Source of the DNA: Octopus sinensis
Lineage: Eukaryota
Assembly: GCF_006345805.1 (NCBI RefSeq)
Contig: NW_021834310.1
Span: 1 to 64,000, forward strand
Length of the DNA stretch: 64,000 bases
Direction: 5' to 3'
Under the pieces are notes generated by a model. That model had not been told where the DNA came from. It searched no databases and saw only the letters and a list, made by a program, of their open reading frames with translations. Position 1 is the first letter of the stretch. Every line of letters starts with the position of its first letter. The position numbers and the translations under genes were made by a program. Shown in pieces: positions 37,991 through 48,519 of the stretch.

Positions 37991-38374
37991 ATGGCTAGAG
38001 TGATAAATCCTTACATCTCCTTGGGTGTAAGGTTAAGACGAAGAATGCTGTATCACCCTTATTTGACTCCCCAAGAATACGACCACATCAAATCCCGGGT
38101 TGGGAACCAGCGGAAAAGAGAAGGCTCGTTGCTTGAAGTCTTTACAAATTATGAACCGATCTCTCATCCTGACATAACTTTCATAGATGGCGTTCCTCGA
38201 TATTCTCTAGCGGATGAAGAAGAGAGGAGACGATCCAGAGAAGATGATATAGAAAGATTAAATGAGACTCGGGATACTGCGAAAGAAAGAGAAAATTTAA
38301 GGAGTCTCCATTTTGGCTCTGATGATGAGCCTAGCGATGATGACAATGACAGCAGCAGTAATGGAAATAATTGA
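37991..38374 (+). CDS. Orphan 127-aa ORF directly downstream of N; basic N-half and acidic/Ser-rich tail; probably the second viral gene
   Basis: Co-oriented, 68 nt after the N stop, uninterrupted, intronless; RLRRR...KSRVGNQRKR then DEEERRRSREDD...SDDEPSDDDNDSSS; no recognised family. Confidence 0.55.
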   Translation: MARVINPYISLGVRLRRRMLYHPYLTPQEYDHIKSRVGNQRKREGSLLEVFTNYEPISHPDITFIDGVPRYSLADEEERRRSREDDIERLNETRDTAKERENLRSLHFGSDDEPSDDDNDSSSNGNN

Positions 38375-38718
38375 TTTATCTTGTTATTTTCTTCTCCTTC
38401 TTCCCCTTTGTACATTTTTTGAATGAATGAAGAATTTTATTGTAAGAAAGAAGAACGAGACAGAAACTTAGTGCGGAAAATAATTTTGACGAGACGATTG
38501 CTTTGGGCATTCGAGCTCTTCCATGGTTCGTCCGCTTTGTCTGTCTATGAGCAGGGACACCTGCTATTCTCCACGATCGATGAATAGGTCAGCCACTTTA
38601 GAACGTTTCCGAAAAGTTCGGATAGAATCCTCGATGGCCTGCCGTAGCTCTGGAAACTTGCTCTCCGCCCAGCTTGGGACAGGGTCCCATGGATTTAGCA
38701 TATAGGCTAGTTTTAGAG

Positions 38719-40878
38719 CAGTGGTTCTCAAACTGGGGTACGCGTACCCCTAGGGGTACGCGAAATTCTGTAGGGGGTACGCGAAAATTTTTTGAAAATC
38801 TATTTAATTTTCGTTTCAACATAAAAAAGTTATTAATTCTAATTATAATAAAAATCATAATTAAATTAAATAATTAATAATAAAATAAATCTCCACGCTA
38901 CTAGTTTTTCTTATGAGTTTACCTGTTAACAAGATTCGAAAATACAACGATAGTTATCTCAACTATGGATTGTATTTTGTGATTAAAAACGGTGTGCCAC
39001 ATCCGCAGTGTATTATTTGCCAAAAGATTCTTTGCCCTGAATCCATGAAACCTTCATTACTTTCTCGGCATCAAGTTTCTAATCATTTCGAAACTATCGG
39101 AAAACCAAATGACTTTTTTAAGAACAAAAAAGATAATATTCGGAAAATAGACGATTCTTTCAATTTTGACATTAATTTTTTACTATCAAAACTCTCTTAC
39201 ATGATTTCATATCGGATCGCAAAGCCAAAAAACCACATACAATTGCCGAGAATCTTATTATACCGTGCATTAAGGACATGTTTGAATGTTTCCCTGGCAA
39301 TAAATTGGAGCATATTGTTCGAAAAATTCCATGTTCAAATGATACCGTCAATAGAAGAATACGAGATCTATCCGAAAACATAAAAGAACAAGTTATTTTC
39401 TGGTTAATTATTATTAGGTCATTACTGAAATAAAAAGTGCTGCCTTTAAAAAATTTTCAATTCAATTGGATGAATCAACAGATGTAGCAAATTGCTCTCA
39501 GTTACTCGTTTATGTGCGATATATTTATATGGAAAATATTAAGGAAGAATTTTTGTTCAACTATTCCTTACCTTTAAACACAAAAGTTTCTGATATTTTC
39601 GATGCAGTTAATTGTTTTTTTGAAACAGAAGGTACATTTTTGATTTTTTACTTATGATAGGCCTATTGTGGCAAAATCTTAGTGCATGCACCACAGATGG
39701 AGCACCAGCTATGCTTGGATGTAACTCTGGTTTCCGAGGTAGAGTACAATCTGTCAATCCAAATGTAAAACATCTTCACTGTATGTTGCATCGTTATGTT
39801 CTTGCTGTGAAGACAATGCCTCTTGAACTTAAAAATGTTCTTGACGATGTTATTAAATTGTCAATCATATCAAAAAAAGTCTTTAAATTCGCGAATTTTT
39901 TATTCAATTTGTGAAGAATTTGGTTCAGATGAGAAGGTTTTACTATATCACACAGAAGTTCGATGGTTATCCAAAGGAAATGTTCTTTCCAGAGTGCACA
40001 GTTTGAAGAATGAAATTTATGAATATTTTCTTCGCGAAAATAAAAATTATATTTATCAAAGTTATCAAATATGTATTGGGGTGTAATGCTATCTTATTTA
40101 ACGGACATTTTTTCGCGAATTAATGCTTTGAATTTATCGGTACAAACTAAGGGAGTTACCATTGTTGACTTTTTAGAAAAAACAAGGTTTTTTACGAAAT
40201 AATGCAATATTGTAGGTCTTTTCGTATGAAGCTCCAACTGTGGATAGATAATACAACAAATTCTAATTTTACTATGTTTGATAAGTTGAATGAAAACATT
40301 TTCCATCTAAAATTAAATGAAATAGAAAATTTAAAACATCAAATAACTTCCCATTTACTTGGATTGAAGAATGAAATTGAAAAATATATACCTGAAATTA
40401 ATGAAGTAGATCTTAAGTTTTTTGTCAATCCTTTTTCCGTAAAAGTTAATGTTTTGCCTTCAAATATTCAAGAAGAAGTTATTGAATTAATAAATTCTTA
40501 CGAGTCAAAAATCTTATTTGAATCTGCACCATTAATTGAATTTTGGTGTAAAATGACATCAAAATATCACAATATTGGATTTTATATAATCGATTTTTTG
40601 CTTTTGTTTCCGACTACATATCTCTGCGAACAAGGATTTTCATCGTTGTTTAATTTAAAATCAGTTCATCGTGCGAGGCTGAATGTTGTTCATGATATTC
40701 GGGTGTGTCTTTCGTCAAAGGATCCAGAAATCGATAGATTAGTGATTGATAAACAACACCATCCATCTCATTAATTAAATATTTTTTTTCCTTAATTTTT
40801 TAAAAATCGATAAGGGGTACGCGAAAAATTATTTAGATGGCAAGGGGTACGCAAGGAAAAAAAGTTTGAGAACCACTG
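38719..40878 (+). mobile_element. hAT transposon (Buster/Charlie, ZBED5/SCAND3-like), near full length, frameshifted
   Basis: TIRs CAGTGGTTCTCAAACT at both ends with GGGGTACGC subterminal repeats; BED-like PQCIIC; LDESTD, TTDGAPAM, HCMLH, EVRWLS, FPTTYLCEQGFS. Flanks TTTTAGAG vs GTGTAGAT are not identical. Confidence 0.93.
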
Positions 40879-40889
40879 GTGTAGATACA

Positions 40890-41372
40890 CCAATTGCCTA
40901 AACAGCATTTTTTTACATCAGTGCTGTTAGGGTCAATGGTTACCCATGTATACTGTGCTGCTCGTGAATACAGACCCTCATCAGTCAATTTGTAAATGTA
41001 TGACACGGATGGAGACGCGGTAGCAAGCATCTTTCTACGAGAAATGTCTTCACTATCTCCAAGTATGGAGCCGAGTTTGTTGGCGTTCCTCCATCTTTTG
41101 CCAATTCTATCGTCCATTTGTTTTATCTCCGTCAATTCAGTTTTGGAAGTGTTAATTATCAGGAACCATTTGTTAAGCACCCGTGGGGAATTGTTTAGTA
41201 GATGGATTAGATCATCTATGTTGTCCGAGGCAAAGTCCACATCGTTGGCATATACAATTTCGGTGATAGAATCATTATAGAAAGTTCTCAAATCTCTCAA
41301 GGCGGCTTCCAGATAGATTACAAATAGCAGAGGGGAGAGAGAGTCTACGTGCTGACCAATTTCAGTTGGCAA
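40890..41372 (-). mobile_element. RTE RT fragment
   Basis: DSLSPLLFVIYLEAALRD...YANDVDF...LGSILGDSEDI; same family as 48520-51506. Confidence 0.85.
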
Positions 41373-41374
41373 GC

Positions 41375-42063
41375 ATCAATTGTGCCTGTCAACCCCACTC
41401 GGCCGATTGGCTTGACGCTTTTCCGATTTCCTCTGCTGGAATGTTACTGAACGACGAATCTGTCCGCATCGGAATCTGTTTACGGCTGGGCATAGAGATT
41501 TGCCAGCCGCACCATTGCAGATGTGGACAACTCATTGACAGGAGAGGTTTACACCCTCTCTCTTGTCGCCTCAGTGCCGGCAGGATCCCCAGGCACGCCT
41601 CATTGAATGACGTTGTGAAGCGCGCGTTTAACGTCGCTGGATTTCCCTCGATGTTAGAACCGATAGGACTAGACCGTGGAGATGGAAAACGCCCTGACGG
41701 GTCGACCTTATTCCCGTTCAGGAATGGAATGGCACTCGTGTGGGATGTTACCTGCGTAGACTCGTTTTCTTCATCATCGTTGGTTGACTCCGCTTCTCGT
41801 CCTGAATCTGCATCTGCCCTTGCCGAATCTAGGAAAACTGCAAAATATGCCTCTTTGACCGATATCTGCTCCTTCATTCCCCTGGCTTTCGAGACCAGTA
41901 GGATAATTGGACCCAAAGCCCTCCAACTCCTCTCAGAGATTGGTTTAATCATCTCGAGGAGGAGTCACGACAGTCGCGAAACGAGCTGGCTTTTTCAGCG
42001 GATATCGTTCGCGATATTACGCGGAAATTGCCTGTCCATCCGCTCGGCGACTCATCTAAATTA
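41375..42063 (+). mobile_element. CRE-clade 3' fragment (endonuclease domain)
   Basis: HSADWL..P...RLG...[54 protein letters not shown]. Confidence 0.9.
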
Positions 42064-42149
42064 GTTAACTTCTCTATTTTACTTGTTATTTTACCTTAAA
42101 AAAAATATGGTATTGGAACCAGCACTGTATCGGATATTCTGAAAAACTC

Positions 42150-42683
42150 TACTAAATATCTGGAATATACGATGACAATGGAAACAGCAAGAAAAAGCGT
42201 TTTGAAAATAAATGCAAGTTTGATGATCTAAATAAGATCACTTGGGAATGATTTCAGAGGGCTAGATCTCGACGAATGGGAAAATGCCCTCTTGGAGCTG
42301 CATCTTCCTCGAAAATCAACTGATGCGGAGATTCCGAGTGATTCTAACGACGATGGCGAGTCGCAAAAAGCAGACGAAGCCAAATTAACTCGCATTGACA
42401 TTCGCTCAATGCTCGAAGATATACAGCACTTCGCTTGCACAGAGAATCCTTCTCTCCTTCCGTCAATAAAAGAATTAATGATTCTGAACAACACGGCCAT
42501 TGTGAAAAAAATCAAACCTTAAACAATCTTTTTTGACAGATTTTCTTAATAAATACAATCTTACTTTAAGTCCTTTTGGTGAGATTATGTTCATAAATTT
42601 CAAAACCTTGATAAACCGGATCTCTCTATAAACCGGCCGATTTTCATGGTCCCGTCGGAGTCGGGTTTAGACAAGTTCCACTG
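42150..42683 (+). mobile_element. pogo/Tigger-like 3' remnant
   Basis: Acidic C-terminal frame 42292-42522; end ...ataaaccggcc...ggtttagacaagttccactg resembles a CAGTGGAAC-type TIR. Confidence 0.5.
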
Positions 42684-42859
42684 AAATATAATCTGCTCGC
42701 AAACGAACTTTCGATACTTTATGATGTAAAGGTAAAGATTATCCCGGTTGTCTTGACGTGGAACGGCGTTGTTTCGAGATACTTCAAATTAAATAGTCTA
42801 GTAACTATACTTGATTGTATTGCAATTAACACAGCTCCCAATTTTTCTTGTTTAAAAAG

Positions 42860-43290
42860 TGTAATTTCCACCACATCGAATGTTGATATGAGTCGTTATA
42901 AAGTGAAAATAACAGGATTACTTCAACAGTTTGATACACGTTTTAAATTGTTCGTGAACTTGAAAAAGAATTTAATGTTTTTCGATCACCATTCATTGCA
43001 AATATTACACATCTTGCAGCTAGCTTACAATTGGAAATTATTGATTTGAAATGTGACTCAGATCTGAAGAATAAATTTACCATGGTGGGTTTAGACACCT
43101 TTTATAAATATCTCTTGCCGAAGTATCCCAACTTAACAGCCTTAGCTGCGAAAATCTTGTTAATGTTTGGAAATAATATCTATGTGAACAACTTTTCTCT
43201 TTAATGAATATAAACAAAACAAAATTTCGATCAAGGCTCATCCAAACTCATCTAAGTGAGATTCTAAGATTGACAATAACTCAGGATTTC
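42860..43290 (+). mobile_element. SPIN-like hAT transposase C-terminal remnant
   Basis: Across frameshifts: IDLKCDSDLKNKFTMVGLDTFYKYLLPKYPNLTALAAKILLMFG...EQLFSLMNINKTKFRSRL..THLSEILRL. Confidence 0.75.
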
Positions 43291-43299
43291 ACTGCAACT

Positions 43300-43480
43300 T
43301 GTGTTGACTCGTTCTCCGCGACGATGTTACCCAAGACAATCACTAACCCGGGTTCTGCCAGTGCTCAGGCTGAAGACGCTAAGAGGACGAAGTATGGAAG
43401 TATTTCGGACTCTTACGAGTTTGTCCCCCTCGCCTTCGAATCCGAGGTGCAGCCACTGCTGACACTTAATTAGCTATTTT
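43300..43480 (+). mobile_element. CRE 3' end with internal deletion
   Basis: TCVDSFS...AEDAKRTKY...FVPLAFE jumps to cgaggtgcagccactgctgacacttaattagctatttt, nearly identical to the 3' end of the 13850 CRE. Confidence 0.8.
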
Positions 43481-43973
43481 GAAGGACTCTTTTTCTTTAA
43501 AAAAAAGTCAGAAATAATAATTGTCCTTGATCTATCAATAAAATAAGTTATTTTGACATTGATTGACATTGAGTAAATTTGATTGGTCGCGTCTAGCGCT
43601 CGGTCGCTCGGCTCGCGACATATTACATGAGTCATGTAACATCACTCACAATTACAAATGAACAAACGGTAACGAAAAACTCGAAAATAGAATAAAAATT
43701 TTTAGTACTTAAAAAATGTTATGTTTATAAAAATGAAGAAAATTTCAGGCAATTTTACAAAATTGATGCCCCAAATGAAGGCTATACTGTATATAAAAAC
43801 TTAACTGGTCATGGGAAAACGACATAAGTTTTCTTTAATGGCGGATAACTAGACAATCAAGTTATGTTCTTTCTTAAATTTATTGGTCGTATTTTTACTG
43901 TGACGGTCTCCTTAAAATAATAATCGCTTGTAAATGTTTAGTATATATGCGAGTGAAAAAAAAGTTCAAAAAA

Positions 43974-44015
43974 GGAAGTAAAAAATAAAAAGGAAGTAAA
44001 AAATAAAAAGGAAGT
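43974..44015 (+). promoter_or_regulatory. Three tandem ETS-type sites (AAAAGGAAGT, 18-bp period) upstream of the ETS ORF
   Basis: GGAAGT at 43974, 43992, 44010; copy B has two (51705, 51723); function inferred. Confidence 0.5.
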
Positions 44016-44075
44016 ACCGAATGCTAGAACGTTTAAAACCAGGTATCCGTAATACGAAACAATTCAAAATCAGAA

Positions 44076-44684
44076 ATGAGTGTAAAACGAACAATACTTT
44101 GGAAATTCATTGTCAATCTTTTAAAAACCAAAAACAAAGCAATTGAATAGAAAAATAAATCTATGGGAATATTTGTAATCACCGATGGAGATTTGTTGGC
44201 ATATTGGTGGGGACAATGCAAACAAAACCCTTCCATGAATGAACAAAAACTTTCGAGGGCTCTCAGAACATACTACAAATATCCAAAAATTCTTAAAAAA
44301 GTACGTCATTCAAGAAATACCTACATGTTCCTCAATAGAAGAACAGAACAAATCCCAACACATATGTCACCGGAGCAGACTAAAGAAATAAATATCCCCA
44401 ATATGTCGTATCCCCAATACACTGTTCAGACAGAAGAAATCCAGCCACAAATCTGTCAGTTTTATATGCCATTTGAGGATCCGTATTATTCATATTATGT
44501 GCCAAATATTTATTATCCGAATTATACATCATATGACTACAATTATTCTGAAGATTCAAATTGTCTCAATCGTTATTCAAAGGAATTGGATGATATTCTT
44601 TTTCCCCTCGAAAACGAATTTGGTTCTACAATTAATGACCAGGCTCTAACAGAACCAGATTTCTACACATCATACTATAAATAA
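44076..44684 (+). pseudogene. ETS-domain transcription factor copy A; TGG>TAG nonsense at codon 25, otherwise open to 202 codons
   Basis: LWKFIVNLL..IE*..GIFVI..AYWWG..KQNPSMNEQKLSRALRTYY..ILKKV is the ETS domain; TAG at 44148-44150; Tyr/Pro-rich tail. Confidence 0.88.
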
Positions 44685-45220
44685 TTTGTAATTTTGTTTA
44701 TTAGCTTTTGTAATAAAATTTATTTATATTTTTCTAAAATATTAAAAATATTCAAAATTTTTGTAATATTGAACAAATTAGTAAGTTTAATCAATTAATC
44801 GATTTTCTATATTTCCTTCCGAAAAAATAGTATTTTAATCAATATCTTAAATTCTAGAATTTATACAAAAAAGCAATTAGAACATTTTAATTTTAGAAAA
44901 ATAAAATAAACATTTAAAGTACCAAAAAATGTTCAAAAATTAAATAAATATTTCAAAAAATATTTCAAAATGAGTAAAAGAAGTAAATTATAGTAATAAA
45001 TTCGAAAAATATCACAAAATGATGAAATTTCAAATAATTTAATCATTAAAAGAAACTGCATCTCGAAATATTCCTACTAAATCCAATTACATAAAAAATT
45101 AAAAAAAGGGTTAACTACATAAAAAGCACCACAAGGTGAATCAACTGCGAGCTCACACGTGGAATAATTTATTGGGTTTACCATTAAAAATTAGGATAAT
45201 TAAACAATAATTAATAAAAA

Positions 45221-45753
45221 CTGTTGACCCTTTCGGTCTGCACCCTTTATCGTGCAGGAGGAGTGCCGGACGTTTCCTGAGGCACTCTGCCATGAATGAC
45301 ATCATACGGAGGGCCCTCGACTCGGCGGGATTTCCTTTGGTCCTCGAACCACCGGGCCTTGACCGCGGCGATGGGAAACGCCCTGACGGGATGATCCTTT
45401 TCCCCTTTGAAGGCGGAAAAGGCCTTGTTTGGGACGCAACCTGCTGCGACACCTTTTCTGCTTCTCACTTAACTTCGTGTGCCCTGGAGGCCAAATCTAC
45501 AGCTAAGAAGGCTGAAGATTTAAAGCTTTTAAAATATTCTGCCCTCTCGGAGAAGTTTTCCGTGGTGCCTATCGCGGCGGAGACGTCGGGTGCTCTCGGT
45601 CCAAAAACTGAAAAGTTCCTTCGCAAGCTCGGAGCCAAAATCTCAATGCGCACCCATGATCCTCGGGAGGCGAACTGGCTAATGCAACGGCTCTCGATTG
45701 CCATTATCCGGGGAAACAGTTTGGCAATCCGCCAGGCTACATATCCACCATAA
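45221..45753 (+). mobile_element. CRE 3' fragment in copy A
   Basis: [49 protein letters not shown]. Confidence 0.9.
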
Positions 45754-46372
45754 ACATAAAACTAATCTTTTAACATCTTAATGTTCCGATACTTTAAAAA
45801 TAAAATTAATAAAAAATAAACCATATTCTAATTACAACATTACCACAGTAATTCTGCAAATTTCGCAAAGAACTGCAGAGTCTGTATAATGCAGAGAGCC
45901 TTCACTGTTATCGGTAAGTTTTTTATATGCAATAACCAACTGGAGGATTAGTAACATCGACGTTTAGATCATTTAAAGAATCTGAGAGTTGAATGCAATT
46001 GTTTGTTCTTTATTTGCTCCATCATGAAGTTCCTTTGCAATTCTCTCAGCATGTTTAAAAAAGATTCCCAGTTTTATAAATTGTATATTTGCGCTTGAGG
46101 TATTCCGTGATTGTGAGGAAATAGACCACTCCCGGGCAACTATCAGACACGCCACCAACGAAGATTCTTGTACTGGAGGACCGGTAAAAGTTTGATTTTT
46201 TATTCATAATGTATTGGTGATGCAAATATAAAAAGATGAAGTCGAACGTTTGTGTTTAAAAAATTAAATAACGCTTTCAGTTTAATAAATAATTTAAGAT
46301 AGTTAATTTAAAACTTATGATTGAATGTCACATAACCTGGATTGTTACTTTATACTCGGGATATATCATCAC

Positions 46373-48218
46373 TAGGGCAACCAATTGCAATTTTTTGCAA
46401 TTAAATATAATTTAATTAAAATTCGATAAATAATAAAGTAATGAATAGACATTAATTTTAATTATATTTTTATTCGATTTAAATTTGCAATTTTTTGCAA
46501 TTTTTTGTAGTCATTTTACAATTTTTGCAATTTTTTTAAATTAAAAAAAATTTTTTTATTAAAAAATAATATAATTATAAGTAAAGATTATTAAAACGTG
46601 TTTTAGTTGTTTGTTGTAATGGGTAAAAGGACAGTGTCACAGAAAATTTCATTTTATGCAAAGAAATTCCCCGAGTTTGTTATTGACAGTGAAGGGAATT
46701 TATTTTGCTCCAATTGCTCAACTGTTGTACGGTGTGACACAAAATTTTTTTTGTGATGCGCACCGTTCTTCAAAAAAACATTTAAAAGCACACAGTATTT
46801 CTTTGAATTTAAATTTATAGAATGGACAAATTCATCTCAGAGTTCACAAACATTTCTTTCGGCGATAACGGATACTCGAAAGGATTGGGGGATCAAAGTA
46901 ACACAAGCGTTTTTTGAGGCAAACATACCAATTTATAAAATCAGACATCCTTCCCTCATACGGCTTTTTGAGCAGGAAACATATCCTTTGCCATCTGAAT
47001 CATCTTGCAGGTTAAATGTTAAAGAAATATCAAAATATAAAATTAATACCATTCAGACTCATTTACTGTTGTTTTTTTTAAGTTATTCAATAGTGGGGAA
47101 TGTGTTTTTTTTTGTTTGTGATGAAGCCCAAATCAATGGAACTCGTTTTTTAATTACTTTGATTGGGAAAATCTCCACTCCAAAAAATCTTCATTTAGTA
47201 TCGTGTACCAATCTATATTATCCGCCTACTACTTCAACAATTTGTGTTGAGGTGGACAAAGTAATAAAGAAATTTTCTATTGAACGTGAAAATTTTATAT
47301 TATTCGTTACAGATGGGGCGAGATATATGACCAGTGGTATATATAAATAAATTTAATTTTAGCTGGGGCATCAATGAAATTGATATACCAAAATCTTTTC
47401 CACGTGACTTGCGTGTCACATTTATTGCACAACTGTGCTCTAAAGATTAAGGCATACTTCGCAGATGTTGATGAATTGATTTCGTCTATAAAGGCTGCCA
47501 CAGTCAAAAACAGAGACGTTTGGAGATGTTTTCACGAATCGGAAATCCACCCGAAGTTGTGGTTACAAGATGGGGAAGCTGGCTAAAAGCAGCAAAATAT
47601 TACTCCCAGAATCTTCCAGAAATTATTAAAATCGCATCTGAATTTGAAGGAGATGGAGTTTTAATACAAAATGTTTTAGTTTTTAATTATTTTAGGCAAA
47701 AAAATCAGTGAATAATCCTACGTTGTTTCCAAGCTTAACCCAAATCAGTTCAAATTATTTGGGATTAATTGAAATGATTTCAAATACTGAATTGCTTGAT
47801 TACTCCATTGCAACAGCTTATGGTGATCTAAACACCCTAGACTTTACATCAGATCCATGCGACATAAAATCCTATATATCAAAAAGCTTGAGAAATCAGG
47901 AATACTAAGTATTCTTGAATTCTCAAATAAGAATCTATCGCCAGAAGTTTATTCACATCTCAGAAAATGTAGCGCAAGTTCAGCATCTATCGAAAGGGAA
48001 ATATCTCTTTTGACGAAAATTCTTAGTAAAGAGAGGAACTTTAAACCTGAAAATGTTCAGGAATATTTGATTTCCTATTACAATAAATAATTTCGTTAAT
48101 TTTTTGCATAATGTAATGTTTACAATTAAAAAAAAATTATTTTTGCAATTTTTTACAATTTTTAAAATTCATTTTTGCAATTTTTTTTATTAAAAAGTGC
48201 AATTTTTTGGTTGCCCTA
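46373..48218 (+). mobile_element. hAT transposon, frameshifted, at the duplication junction
   Basis: Perfect 11-bp TIR TAGGGCAACCA; many TTTTTGCAATT subterminal repeats; FVTDGARYM, HVTCVSHLLHN, VTRWGSWL, SASIEREIS. Flanks ATCATCAC and TTAATTAG differ. Confidence 0.92.
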
Positions 48219-48519
48219 TTAATTAGCTATTTTGAAGAACTCTTTTTCTTTTAAAAAAAAGTCAGAAATAATAATTGTCCTTGATCTATCAATAAAATAA
48301 GTTATTTTGACATTGAGTAAATTTGATTGGTCGCGTCTAGCGCCCGGTCGCTCGGCTCGCGACATATTACATGAGTCATGTAACATCACTCACAATTACA
48401 AATGAACAAACAGTAACGAAAAACTCGAAAATAGAATAAAAATTTTTAGTACTTAAAAAATGTTATGTTATAAAAATGAAGAAAATTTCAGGCAATTTTA
48501 CAAAATTGATGCCCCAAAT

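Larger units (their letters stand above)
43466..46372 (+). repeat. Segmental duplication copy A (~2.9 kb): Ginger-like MITE end, ETS gene, CRE fragment
   Basis: Collinear and near-identical to 48219-54487, from ttaattagctatttt to ggatatatcatcac. Confidence 0.95.

Noticed and set aside
48460-48519. Start of the 216-aa ORF as the RTE's own N-terminus
   Set aside because: The first 20 codons are flanking DNA also present in copy A; the element starts after the TSD at 48520
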